Made by a program: the position numbers and the translations under genes. This document shows positions 23,401-34,753 of a stretch of DNA of 64,000 nucleotides, piece by piece. The notes under the pieces are model-generated. The model worked only from the letters and a program-made list of their open reading frames with translations. It was not told where the DNA came from and made no database searches. The stretch is from an uncultured Planctomycetota bacterium (GTDB taxonomy: Bacteria > Planctomycetota > Planctomycetia > Isosphaerales > Isosphaeraceae): assembly GCA_963823665.1 (NCBI GenBank), contig CAWGMQ010000004.1:1696001-1760000 (forward strand). The letters are read 5' to 3'. How positions within the stretch are numbered: the stretch's first letter is position 1; the number at the start of each line of letters is the position of its first letter.

Positions 23401-26369
23401 GTGGTCACCACGAAGGAGGCGGCTTCCGCCGGGTCGACCTGAATGCTATTGGAGGCGACCCCTGTGAGATTGCCGCTGGAGACCTGAAGCGTGTAGCCGG
23501 TCCCGGCGGTGTCCAGGGTCAGGCCGGAGAAAGTGGCCACGCCCTCATTCGCGGTCACGGTGGCGGTGCCCCCCAGACTCGCTCCGCCGGGGCCGCCGGC
23601 CAGCGCAACTGTCACCATGCTGTTGTAGGTCGTGTCGATCTGACCCTGATCGGTCTCGGCGTCGACGACGACGACGAATCCGGCGCCGGCGGCCAGCTCG
23701 GTTGGCGGCGGAGTCGCCAGTACCAGATGCGTGGCCGGCGGCGCAATGACGTTGAAGCCGGCGGTGGTGGCCGAGCTGAGGCCGGTCGCTGCGGCGAGGA
23801 TTGTGTAATTGCTGCCAGGCTCATTCAGCGTCAAGTCGGAAAAGCTCGCGATTCCGTTCGTCGCCCCGATCTCGAGCGTGCCACCCAGGGTCGCATTGCC
23901 CGGATTGGTCGCCAGCGTCAACGTGATGGGGCCGTCGTAGGAGGTGTCGACGTCACCCCGGCCATCCTCAGCCGAGACGACGATCGTGAACGTCGTCCCT
24001 GCGTCGACATTGCTGGGCGGCTGTGGCGGCTCGGTCGTTACCACCAGGTGCGTCGCACCCAGGGTGACGTTGAAGGGCTGGGTTGTGATGGCAGTCAGGC
24101 CGCTCGCAGTCGCGGTGATCGTGACCCCTTGCGCGGCATCTTTGAGGGTGAGGCCGGAAAAGACGGCGACTCCATTGTTCACGGTGGCCGTCAATGTTCC
24201 CTTGAGCGTATCGCCGCTCGGGTTGTTGCGGAGGGCGATCGTCACCGTGCCGTTGTAGTCAATACCCGGGTTTCCCAGGCTATTCTCAACGGAGACCACG
24301 ACGCCGAAGCCCTTACCGGCGGTAACGCTGCCGAGAGGCTCCGTCGTCACACCGACCTGGGTGGGAATCGCGATTGAGGAAAGCGTGACGACTCCAATGA
24401 CGCTCGGGTCGCCGTTGATTCCGGTGGCGGTAAACCAGATATTCCCATCTGTCCCGGCAGTAATCCCCTCGGGTTGGGCGTTGGCAACTGGGTATTCGTT
24501 GATCACTCCGGACGTTGTAATCGAACCGATGAACCCAGCGGCGGGGGGATTGATGTACGAATTGGGATCATCGAACCATAGGTTGCCGTCCGGACCGACG
24601 ACGATCTTCATGGCTTCGTGACCACTCGCCAGCTCATACGAATGGATCGTGGAACCGTTCGATGGATTAATGACATCAACGTAGTAGGCGGGATGGGCCT
24701 CGGTGATCCAGATGTTGCCGTCCGGGCCAGCCGTGATGCCGTAGGGCGTACCATTGACGTTGTACTCTGTGATGTGACTGGGGTCGTTCGGGGAGAACTC
24801 GCCGATCTTGTTCGAGCTTCTCTCGGTAAACCAGATGTTCCCACTCGCATCCACTGCGATACTTCCGGGATCGGCGTTCGCCGTTGGCACATTGAACTCA
24901 GTCACAGCCTTGGTCGCCGGGTCGATCCTGCCAATCTTGTCCGCATCGAACTCGGTAAACCACAGATCGCCATCCGAAGGATCGTACACGATGCTGGCAG
25001 GCCCGGAATCAGCGGTGTTTACCGTCTGCTGGCCGATAGCCCCATTCGACGGGTTGATCCAGCCAATTGCGTCTCCATCGTCAGGCCTACCAAACTCGGC
25101 GAACCAGAGATTGCCATCCGGACCGGGTGTGATTTCCTCGGGGCCGGAGAGAGGAGTCGGTAACGTGTATTCCGTCATGATGCCGGTTGTCGGAACGAGC
25201 TCGCCCAGCTGGTTGGAAGACCACTGGGTAAACCAGAGATTCCCGTTACTGTCGGACGTGATGTGGAGCGCGGGGCCGGCCAAGGTCGTCGTGTACTGAT
25301 AAGCGATTACATTGTGCGAACCTGGTCCGATCGAATCGATCGCGCTGCCGTTCGACATCACAAACCAGAGATTGCCATCCGATCCCGACGTGATTCCAAA
25401 CGGATTCGAGCCGGTGGAGAACTCTGTCACCTGGCCCGCGGTGGTGATCGTTGCGATATTCCCTGTCGCCGACTCGGTGAACCAGAGATTGCCATCTGGT
25501 CCGAGCGTGATGGAATCAGGCTCGGCACCGGCGGTCTTGACCGCAAATTCGTGAAGGAGCGCGCCGGTCGATGGGCTCATCACCGCGATCTTGTCGGTCC
25601 CGGTCAACGTGAGCCAGAGATTGCCGTCGGGGCCGACCGTGATGCCTTCGGCCTGGTCATTGCCCGCGGCGTCGATGGGAAACTCCTTCATGACATGTGT
25701 GGTCGGGTTAATCATGCCGATCTGGTTCTTGCCCGCCTCGGTAAACCAAATATTGCCATCCGGGCCCTCGACGATCCCGTACGGTTGGGCGCCGGCGGTG
25801 ATCGCGGGAAACAGCGAGATCTGGTCGGTGGCCGTGTTGATCACGCCGATCTGGTTCGTGTTGAACTCGGTGAACCAGACCGTCCCATTCGGTCCGGCGG
25901 TGATTCCGTCGACCTGCGGGTTGGCGCTGGTCAGCAGGGGAATTTCGGTAACGTGACCGTTGGTCGGGCTGATGACGCCGAACTGGTCGGCCGTCTCCTC
26001 GAAGAACCAGTAGTTTCCGTCTGGGCCGGCCGCGATCGGGCCGGGCCCGGAATTGTCGGTGGGGATGGGGTACTGGGTGACCCCGGCGCTGGTATTGCTC
26101 GGATTGATCATCCCGATGTTGTTCGAGCTCAGCGTGAACCAGATATTCTTGTCCGTCCCGGCCCCGGACGCAACTCCTTGAGGGCTACCACCCTCCACGC
26201 TAGTCGGGAAGTCGGCGACGTTGACGGAGGAAAGGAGCCTCCGCGACTCGAGGGCTTCGAGCACCGGCGAGCGGCGTCTCCAATGCCCCGCCGACTTCCG
26301 CCAGCCGTTCCGTGAATCCTTGGCCACCACGGCCTGCGGAGCCGGTCTTGTTGCCGTGTTGCCTCTCAT
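20438..26369 (-). CDS. Large surface protein: Vgb-like beta-propeller repeats + Ig-like repeats, frameshifted
   Basis: LEALESRRLLS export motif; many GPDGNLWFTE repeats; repeated YTFTPADAGSHTF units; three consecutive ORFs. Confidence 0.85.
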
Positions 26370-26676
26370 GGTCGTTCGCCCCTCGTGCCGCTTCACAATC
26401 GTTCACATCAGCTTGGGATTTGGCCGGTCGCAGGGTCTGGGACGAACCTTCCCCACCAGAAAGCAGACGTCCGAGGCGTTCCCAACTTGCGCACGATCGC
26501 CGACTTAATCCCGGGCGCAAGTTAGCCAGTGCAGGATCGTCTTTCCTTTGGCGGCGCCGCGAAGACCGCCGAAGCGCGTCGGTGCGCCGGTTGAACAGTG
26601 CACGTTATCGGGGGACATCAGTAAGTTGAGGCTGCCCATATTCGTATGTATTACGAAGGGTATATACGCGGCCCTC

Positions 26677-26904
26677 ATTCGTCGCGCGGGACGATCAGCG
26701 GCAAAGCTAGGTCGCTGTTTATCGCTCTGGAATGCCGGTTAACGCATCCTCGAGGATTTCGGCGGCGATCTGCATGGGGCTTGCCTTGCGTCCGTTGGTG
26801 CTGCTCTGCTCGGCCAGGCGGATAAGCTGTTGTCTCGTGGCGTCGCTCATCGGCACCTTGGGATGGCGTACCCAGCTTGGATCGGTTGGCCTGCCCGGGC
26901 GGAT
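26677..26904 (-). repeat. Scaffold repeat A copy 2
   Basis: Aligns with the left parts of 27743-28179 and 34491-35150. Confidence 0.85.
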
Positions 26905-26969
26905 TTCTGAAAAGCGTGAGCACTTACATGATAGTTTTGCGGGACGGGAGGTTCACCCGGGTTCAAGAC

Positions 26970-27398
26970 TCATGACGGGTTAAACAGCACGACACCGGCG
27001 GCGGCCGCGGCAGTTTTCAGCTTGCCGTCAAGGCATGCAAGCGGCAGGCCCCGGCGGATTGCCAGCTCGAGGTACGCGGCATCGTAGGCGGAGAGCTGAT
27101 GGGCTCGGGCCAGGTGCATGATGTCGCCGAACGCTCGGCTGCTGTTTTCATGGTCGATGACGATCGGCAATTTTTGAAGCAGCACGATAAATCGCTGGCT
27201 GCGGGCTTCGTCAAGCCGTTTGCGGCGTTCACCGATGATGGTGGCGTTGGCTACTTCGAGGCACCAGAGCGAGGGCACCACGGCCGGACGTTCGGCCAGG
27301 CTATCGCGGACAGCGTCAGTGTAGGGCGTGGCTTCGTCATCGAAGCACCATGTCATCGTGACGGAGCAGTCGAGCACGAAACCGTCCTTGGTTTCCAT
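26970..27398 (-). CDS. vapC: PIN-domain toxin (VapC family)
   Basis: FVLDCSV, LEVAN, LSAYDAAYLELA, LD. Confidence 0.9.
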   Translation of the reverse strand: METKDGFVLDCSVTMTWCFDDEATPYTDAVRDSLAERPAVVPSLWCLEVANATIIGERRKRLDEARSQRFIVLLQKLPIVIDHENSSRAFGDIMHLARAHQLSAYDAAYLELAIRRGLPLACLDGKLKTAAAAAGVVLFNPS

Positions 27399-27422
27399 CA
27401 GCGAATCCTTCCGACTGCGGTT

Positions 27423-27671
27423 CTAAAAGCGGCGGCCGTCCTCGATCAGGTCGCGGACGGTGAGGCCGTCGCCCAGCGTGTTGCCCTTACTGAAGGCTTT
27501 GAGCTCTTTGATAACCTGGCGCACATCCGGCTTGGGTGTCGTGACAGAGACGGGTACAAGCCGGGCAACGGGCTTGCCGTGCTTGGTGATGGTGAATTCC
27601 TCTCCGTTTGCCACCCGCTCAAGGAGCTGGGGGAGATGCGTCTTGGCTTCAAACGATCCGACCGATTCCAT
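27423..27671 (-). CDS. Phd/YefM family antitoxin
   Basis: VGSFEAKTHLPQLLERV..ITKHGKPVARLVP; directly upstream of PIN gene. Confidence 0.92.
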   Translation of the reverse strand: MESVGSFEAKTHLPQLLERVANGEEFTITKHGKPVARLVPVSVTTPKPDVRQVIKELKAFSKGNTLGDGLTVRDLIEDGRRF

Positions 27672-27742
27672 GAGCCATCTCCTACACCATTTCAACTAGT
27701 TGTAACCAGTCTACGAGAATTTACCCAATTTGACAACCGGAA

Positions 27743-28179
27743 GCTCAGTCGCTGTTTATCTGTCTGGAATGCCGGTTAAAGCATCCTCGAGGATCTGGGC
27801 GGCGATCTGCATGGGGCTTACCTTGCGTCCGCTGGTGCTGCTCTGCTCGGCCAGGCGGATAAGGCGTTGTCTGGTGGCGTCGCTCATGGGCACCTTGGGA
27901 TGCCGCCGTACCCAGCTTGGGTCGGTTGGCCTGCCTGGGCGGATACCTTGTCCAGGCTCGAGGCGGGCTTGAATGGTTCTTATCCGGCTGTTATTTCCAT
28001 GTGCCCCTGCGTCCGGGGACGGGGCCTTGGACAGCTTGATCTGCACGTCATAGCCCAGGCGGATAATGAAGCGGAGCAGCCTGTCGGTCGAGAATCCATC
28101 GAGGTGGCCTCTGAGCAATTCGGAAACCTTGGGCTGGCGGATGCCGACCAGTTTGGCAGTTTCGGCCTGCGTCAAACGC
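27743..28179 (-). repeat. Scaffold repeat A copy 3 (5'-truncated, frameshifted XRE gene)
   Basis: TQAETAKLVGIRQPKVSELLRG; 1-nt insertion relative to copy 4. Confidence 0.85.
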
Positions 28180-28253
28180 TTGATCGACGCGTTGTCAATT
28201 AACTCGATCGCTCTTAGCGGGGGCCGAGGACGATCTTCGCCGTTGGTCGATGG

Positions 28254-28284
28254 TTGACAGCGCAGGCTTGTGCTAATTTAGCAC
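28254..28284 (+). promoter_or_regulatory. Putative promoter/operator of the DUF559 operon
   Basis: TTGACA 28254-28259; TGC-TAATTT extended -10-like inside perfect palindrome GTGCTAA-T-TTAGCAC; -35/-10 spacing is only 14 bp. Confidence 0.45.
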
Positions 28285-28288
28285 CACC

Positions 28289-29494
28289 ATGAACTCTTCC
28301 GTAATCTCTCCGGTGCGCGGTGATCGCGCGGCAATCCTTGGTCGTCATGCCGTCCGCAGGAATACCGGCGTTCCTACGGTCTCGCTGCTCGTCGGACCGA
28401 TCGGGGCTGGCCTAAACGCATGGCGTCGCTGGGCAGCCGCCAGGGGACAAAGTGCAGTCGTCGCAAGCGGGAACGCGTTTCCGATTGCCGAATGGGTTCG
28501 CTCCGCCGCCGAAGAGACCGATCTGCCGGCCGCGGCGGTCCATTGCCTGGCCCGGCGATCCGAGCGTGATCCGAATGAGCTTTTTGCTGCGTGGCGGGCC
28601 AAGACCCCGTCGGATCGTGAAGGATTCTCGGATGGCCTCGCACCAAAATCGGACGATGATTTGCTTCAAGTCGTGGCGGGTTTGGCAGTCGGCCGAGCGT
28701 CACCCAGTACCGTTGCGGCTTCGCTCGGTGATCTGGGGGAACGGGTCGTACGCGTGATTGCTCACCTGGATCCCTCAACCAACTGGCCAGGTGTTCTGTT
28801 CCTCGCTCGCTCGGCGAACGACTTCTTGGCTGTCGGACGCGAAGCCGTGAAATGGGCCATGCAACTGCCAACCTTGTCAGTTGCAGTTGCAGTGCCGGCA
28901 GCGACTTGGGACGAATACCTCGCAGCCGCGCCGGAGTCGCGCACCAAAGCGCTCCTGAAAGAAGGTGAGCTCGCGGTTCCCGTAATTGATGCGGGGACTG
29001 CGGAGCAGATTTTGACCGAAGCCGGGGCGGCAAAGAGCGCGGTGGCGATGATCGCCGCGAATGACGCTGATCCAGCCCTACTGGAATCGGCTGTCGCCGC
29101 CGTTCGGGCCACCGCTGCCCCGCCGCCAACCAGAGCGGACGGCGACCGCGCCCGCAGCGCCGCCGAACGATTCCTCTACGCGTTCCTGGAATCGCTCCCT
29201 GAAACTGCGGGACGTTTCGAGCTGAATGCTGCCCTCGACTTCGAGTTCGGTCCCCGACCGGCAGAAGTCGACCTCCTGTGCCGCGCACCACGGATTGCTA
29301 TCGAGCTGGACGGCTACTTTCACTTCCTCGCGCCCGACGGCTACCGCCGCGATCGCTTGAAGGATTGGGAGCTGCAGCGACGCGGCTTCGTCGTATTGCG
29401 TTTCCTGGCCGAAGATGTCATTCCGCAGTTGGAGATGATCCGCGACCGCATCCTGGCGGCGCTTAACGTCACCTCATTCGGAGCACGCCCGTGA
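28289..29494 (+). CDS. DUF559/Vsr-like endonuclease domain protein with long N-terminal region
   Basis: RSAAE..EVDLL..IAIELDGYFH..YRRDRLKDWELQRRGFVVLRF. Confidence 0.88.
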   Translation: MNSSVISPVRGDRAAILGRHAVRRNTGVPTVSLLVGPIGAGLNAWRRWAAARGQSAVVASGNAFPIAEWVRSAAEETDLPAAAVHCLARRSERDPNELFAAWRAKTPSDREGFSDGLAPKSDDDLLQVVAGLAVGRASPSTVAASLGDLGERVVRVIAHLDPSTNWPGVLFLARSANDFLAVGREAVKWAMQLPTLSVAVAVPAATWDEYLAAAPESRTKALLKEGELAVPVIDAGTAEQILTEAGAAKSAVAMIAANDADPALLESAVAAVRATAAPPPTRADGDRARSAAERFLYAFLESLPETAGRFELNAALDFEFGPRPAEVDLLCRAPRIAIELDGYFHFLAPDGYRRDRLKDWELQRRGFVVLRFLAEDVIPQLEMIRDRILAALNVTSFGARP

Positions 29495-30516
29495 CCTCGA
29501 CTCTCACCACTCCGCCCGCCACCGATACCGCTACTGCCGATCTCGTTTTGGTTCGAATGACCCTGCCGTGCACGAAGCCAGTTGCTCCGTCGGCTGTTCG
29601 AAGAGATGTCGGCAAGCTACTCGATTCGGAGCTTTCCACCGCCGACTTCGACGAATTGCGGAACGAGCTGGCTTCCGCCGGCTTCCTCGAAAAAGGGAAA
29701 CGGAACACGTTCGTCCTCACCGACTCGGGCCGCGCGCGGGCATTGCGCTTCCTTGGTGTCGCCGAGCTCTCCGCACGCACAAACTGGTCAACGGTTATCG
29801 CCAAGCACCTGTTCCCCAAAGCCGCCGAGCTCTCGAGCAGCGTGGCGGAAGAGTTGAATAATGGCGACAAGCTGGCCGCCTTCGTGCTCAAGCGGAAGTA
29901 CGGGCTCTCCGGAGGTGCCGGCTCGACCGTGAACCAAGTCCTCGAGGCCGTGGTCTGCAAGCAGCTCGGCTTCACCCAAGAAACGACACTCGACGGCCTG
30001 TTGCGCGGGGTTTTGAATCAGCTCATCGGAACCGAAAACCTGCCGAAGGACCAGCTCGTCAAGCAGCTACCGCTCTTCGAGACAGGGCTCAAGTCGACCA
30101 AAGCCGATACGGTGCGGTGCAAGGTGGTCAGGGACTGGCTCCGCGGCCAGCGGAAACCGCCGCAACCACGGGAGCAATTTGAAGCGGGCCGCCTCGAGCA
30201 TGAGCCGTTTGACCTATCAACGTTTGCCGCGACGGTACGGAAGCTGGCGGCCGATAGCCTGCCAGAGGATCGGTTCCACGACAACAAAGTGTTCATCGCT
30301 TCCCTGTGGCGGACAAGCCAGCGCGAGCCGAGTTTCCCGCGCGTTTCGCTCGCTGAGTTCAAACAGCGGCTGGTGGAGGCAAACTCTCAGAGTCTTCTCC
30401 GCTTGAGCCGAGCCGACCTCGTTCAGGCAATGGACCCGCAGTTGGTGGCCGATTCCGAGGCGGTGTATCTAAACGCGGCGTTCCACTTCGTACTCCTGGA
30501 AGGTGACCATCGATGA
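29491..30516 (+). CDS. Hypothetical protein, probable winged-helix domains
   Basis: 341-aa ORF overlapping both neighbours (GTGA, ATGA); LASAGFLEK..FVLTDSGRARA wing-like motif. Confidence 0.8.
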   Translation: MTSTLTTPPATDTATADLVLVRMTLPCTKPVAPSAVRRDVGKLLDSELSTADFDELRNELASAGFLEKGKRNTFVLTDSGRARALRFLGVAELSARTNWSTVIAKHLFPKAAELSSSVAEELNNGDKLAAFVLKRKYGLSGGAGSTVNQVLEAVVCKQLGFTQETTLDGLLRGVLNQLIGTENLPKDQLVKQLPLFETGLKSTKADTVRCKVVRDWLRGQRKPPQPREQFEAGRLEHEPFDLSTFAATVRKLAADSLPEDRFHDNKVFIASLWRTSQREPSFPRVSLAEFKQRLVEANSQSLLRLSRADLVQAMDPQLVADSEAVYLNAAFHFVLLEGDHR

Positions 30517-33500
30517 GCACCGCCGTAGACTCCCTCGAAACTCGCGCCGCTGCAGACCCGCGTCTGGCCGCGTTCCTGGAGCCCGACTGCCCGGAGGTGT
30601 TCCACTCGGTCGCCACGCCGAGCGCCATCTGGAAGCCCGACCCTTTTGATGTAGAGACGATTCACCCCGAGGCCCGCGCGGCGTTCGAGTACCTATTGAA
30701 TCGCGCGGGCCGCACCCCTCCGCCACCCTCTGGCGCGGTCCTGGTTTTGCTCGGCGAGGCCGGCAGCGGCAAGACGCACTTGATGCGGGCATTCCGAACC
30801 CGCGCCCATGGATGTGACCTGGGCTACTGCGGCTACCTCCAGATGACCGCCGAGGCGGGCAACTACGCTCGGTACATGCTGACAAACCTGATCGACGGCC
30901 TCGAGCAGCCTTACGACGCCACCGGCCCGTCGCGCACCGGGCTCGCCCGGTTGTCGGCTGCCCTCCTTGAGTCAGTGCCGGGCCTATCCGGAATGGAAAT
31001 GGAGGCATTCCGCGAAAGTGAAAGCGGCGACGATCCCGCGGGTCTTGCGGACGATTACGCTGACCGCCTGCAAACGGCCCCACGCTTCCGAGACTGTGGT
31101 CTCGAGCTGCTCCGGGTGCTGTTGCACCTGCAGCGCAACGAGCCGAGAGTGCGCAGCCGGGCTCTCATGTGGCTACGGTGCGAGAACATGCGCTCCCAGG
31201 ATCGCGAATGGATCGGCGAGGCAGTGCCGCGCACGGACGATGCCGACCCGATGAAAATGCTACAGCAGCTCGCCAAGCTGACAGACGCCGTACACGGCGT
31301 CCCGCTCGTTCTTCTCATTGACCAGTTGGAAGACATGGCCAACCAGTCGGCTCCGGTCGATCGGTTCCTCAAGGTGATCGACGCAATCACCGCGTTCACT
31401 GACGCTGTTCCCAATACGATCATCGTGCTGGCGTGTCTCGAGGATTACTTCAGGGCGAACATCGAAAAACTCAACAAAGCCAAGCAAGATCGCTTGCTCC
31501 GCGACCCCGACCCGATTCGCCTGCTCGGCAACCGCACCTCCGACGAGATCCGCGAAATGACCGCACGGCGGCTTGCTCACCTCTACGACACTGCGGACGT
31601 CCTTGTCGACCCGGCGAACGAGCTATACCCGTTCCGCGATGACCACCTCGCCAGGCTGAACAACCTGCGGGCCCGTGATGCACTCGATTTCCTGAGGCGG
31701 CACCATCAGCACTGCCTCACCATCGGCCGATGGGAGGATCCGGGGGGAACGATCAGCACATCGGAGGCCTCGCCGGAAAATGAACTTGACCCGCTCTGGA
31801 ACGACTTTCACTCCAGTTTCCAGGCAACCGTCCCCGACGGCGAAGAAGACCTGTCCCAGATTCTGGCCGACGCGATCCGCGGAGCGTCAGCCGAGCTGCC
31901 CGACGGCTATCAATTCAGTTCCGAGCGCGACGGGCGTTATCTCGAAGTCGAGACTCACCGGCCCAGCAACGAGGTGGACAAGCTGCTCGTCGCCGTTTGC
32001 AATGCCGGCACTCGCGGCCCCAATTTCGTCAAGCAGCTCGCAGAGTTGGAGAAACGTGCCGGCGAAATTCCCGTCGCCATCGTGCGCACGACCGACTTCC
32101 CGAAAACCGGAAAGGCGACGAATCAGATTGCCGTGATGCTCAAGCGGCACGGGCGAACGGTGGTCGTCGTCGACACCGACTGGCGAAGAATGCTCGCCTT
32201 CGGGAGGTTTCGTGCGAGCCACGCGAGCAGGACCGACTTCGCCGCCTGGCAGAACACCGCCCGCCCGCTGGGTGAGCTTGACTCGCTCCGAAAGATTCTC
32301 AATTTCAGCGCGCTAGCTGCAATGCCGGCACGCGCGGCCGCTTCTCAACCACCGGCCGCTCCGCCAGTGCGAGTTGTTCCCGTTTCGGCGACCTCGGAGG
32401 ATTCGATCACTCCCAGCGCTCCGCGCGGGTCCGATCGTTCTCGGCCGCACGAACAGCGTGACGCCGTCCCCCGTCACCTTCGAGCCGAACGAGTTCGTCC
32501 AGCACGCGGCATTCCTAGGTGGGTCGGGCAGCGGCAAGACGACGGCGGCGCTGAACCTGATCGAGCAATTGCTCGCGCGCGACGTTCCGGCCGTGCTGCT
32601 CGATCGGAAGGGGGATCTGTGCCGGTACGCCGATCCAAAGGCTTGGGATCGTCCGCTTGGCGACGCGGCATGTACCGGCGCGCGTCAGGCATTACGGAAC
32701 AGGCTCGACGTGGCACTCTTCACTCCGGGCGAGCCGGCAGGCAGGCCGCTTGCCCTGCCTATCGTGCCGCCCGGCTTCGCCGATCTTCCCGAAGCCGACC
32801 GGGAGCGGTTTGCTCAGTACGCCGCAGGCGCGCTGGGCAGCATGATCGGTTTCAAGTCGTCCGACGCAGACAAGGGACAGCGGGCGATTCTGGCGAAGGC
32901 CATCGAGACGATCGCGGCGGTGGCCGGCGCGGCGATCACGTTGCCGGTCTTGAGAGCTGCGATCGAGAATCAGGATGGAGCGCTCTTGAACGCCATCGGC
33001 GGCGGCTACCCTGGCAAGTATTACGCCAACCTCGCCCAGCGCTTGCTGACGCTCGAGCTGAATAACAAGCTACTGCTGAACGCCGATGAGGGGCTGGACG
33101 TGGACGCCCTTCTGGCGCGGGCCGTTACGCTCAGCCAGGCCGCGTGCGGCTGTCGGTGATCAGCACCCGATTCCTCGGCGATGCGGCCAAGGTCGACTTC
33201 TGGGTATCGCAACTGCTTGTGGCGGTCTCGCGCTGGTGCGCAAGTCACCTCAGGCGCGGCTCCAGGCGGTATTCATGTTCGACGAGGCAGACGTGTACCT
33301 GCCCGCGGGCACCAAGCAGCCTGCCACCAAGGCGCCAATGGAGGACTTGCTCAAGCGGGCTCGGTCGGCCGGCGTCGGCGTGTTCCTGGCGACGCAGAGT
33401 CCGGGCGATTTCGACTACAAGTGCAAGGAGAACGTGCGAACCTGGCTGATCGGGCGGGTGAAGGAGCAGCGGGCGATCGACAAGCTGAAGCCGATGCTGG

Positions 33501-33667
33501 CCGCGGCCAAGATAAACGTAGCCGACAAGCTCGCCGGGCAGGCGACAGGTGAGTTCTATCTCGTGCGCGAGTCCTGCGTGACGGCAGTGCGGTCCGACGA
33601 GTCATTCATGCGCACCGAGCAACTACCAGAGAACGAGATTGCTTTGCTTGCGCGCCGATTGGCTTGA
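30513..33667 (+). CDS. Double P-loop ATPase: N-terminal AAA-like + C-terminal HerA/FtsK (DUF87/DUF853-like), about three frameshifts
   Basis: GEAGSGKT/LLIDQLE, then GGSGSGKT, LLDRKGD, FMFDEAD, RARSAG, LATQSP. Confidence 0.85.
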
Positions 33668-33739
33668 AATCCCGCAGGTACCGAGCGTCCAGCGGTCTTG
33701 GAGCACGCGGCCGCCGGGATGGCGGGGTGCCGAACAGGT

Positions 33740-34156
33740 CTACCGCCAGTTGATTATGGTGAGGGGATAGCCGAGCTGCTGGACTCGTTGGAAATGGGCG
33801 GTGTTGCCGGTGACCAGCTCCAGGCCGTGCTGGAGAGCAATAGCGGCGATCATGGGGTCGGCAACGCCGATCGGGCGGCCGGTGCGTTCAAGCTCCCCGG
33901 CGATACGGCCCGCCAGCTCGGCGGCGGAATGGTCGAAGGGGAGAATTTCCTCGAGGGCGACAGCGGCAAGGAAGGCTTGCAGGCGGCGGGCGGACTGGTT
34001 TTTCTGGAAGCCCCGGACAATCTCCATGACGGTGACGGAGGACAGGGTGAGGATGCCTTGGCTCTGACGGTAGGTGGTGGCGTTCTGGGTGACGGTCGGA
34101 TTTGACGCCTTGAGTACCTCCGAATAGATGTCGGTGTCGAGAAGGGCCTTACTCAA
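33740..34156 (-). CDS. vapC: PIN-domain toxin (VapC family)
   Basis: ALLDTDI, VMEI, DPMIAAIAL, LVTGNTAHF; TTG start. Confidence 0.9.
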   Translation of the reverse strand: MSKALLDTDIYSEVLKASNPTVTQNATTYRQSQGILTLSSVTVMEIVRGFQKNQSARRLQAFLAAVALEEILPFDHSAAELAGRIAGELERTGRPIGVADPMIAAIALQHGLELVTGNTAHFQRVQQLGYPLTIINWR

Positions 34157-34403
34157 CGGAGATGTCCCGCCAGCCGTCTTCAAGGCGGTGCTTCATGGCA
34201 TCGGCAACAACCTCGTCGAGCTCATCGGCGGCGTCGGCCATGGCACCAATGGAACCCAGGCCCTTGTCAGCCGGGCGGGCAGGGGGCTGATGCAGGAAGT
34301 CCCGCACGGCCTGTGCGACCAGGGCGTCGGCCGAAGGAAAAAGGCCGCTATGCACCTGGGCACGGACGGCAAGTTCCAAATCATCTGGTAAGTTGATCGT
34401 CAT
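34149..34403 (-). CDS. Putative RHH antitoxin
   Basis: MTINLPDDLE..VHSGLFPSADALVAQAVR (ParD-like); overlaps PIN start. Confidence 0.75.
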   Translation of the reverse strand: MTINLPDDLELAVRAQVHSGLFPSADALVAQAVRDFLHQPPARPADKGLGSIGAMADAADELDEVVADAMKHRLEDGWRDISVE

Positions 34404-34753
34404 ATTAGCTTGCCTCCGAGATGTCAGCTTAGCATAATCGAGCCGGTTTGCCAATGGGCGGATAGGCTGGTGTCAAACGACAAATCGCCGATTCGTCGCG
34501 TGGGACGATCGACGGCGGGGCTCAGTCGCTGTTTATTGGTCTGGAATGCCGGTTAAAGCATCCTCGAGGATTTGGGGGGCGATCTGCATGGGGCTTACCT
34601 TGCGTCCGCTGGTGCTGCTCTGCTCGGCCAGGCGGATAAGCCGTTGTCTGGTGGCGTCGCTCATGGGCACCTTGGGATGCCGTACCCAGTTTGCGTCGGT
34701 TGGCCTGCCTGGGCGGATACCTTGTCCAGGCTCAAGGCCGGCTTGAATGGTTC

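Noticed and set aside
23211..24377. Long antisense ORFs (also 51654-53036, 53040-54266, 61225-62199, 56951-57860)
   Set aside because: Shadow ORFs of real genes in high-GC DNA, with no recognisable motifs.
24380..26150. Regularly spaced AACCAGAGATTGCC-type repeats suggesting CRISPR
   Set aside because: They are coding GNLWF propeller repeats; no cas genes are present.
26641..26657. TTCGTA-TGTAT-TACGAA, loxP-like palindrome
   Set aside because: Only 6-bp arms with a 5-bp spacer and a single copy; at most an operator.
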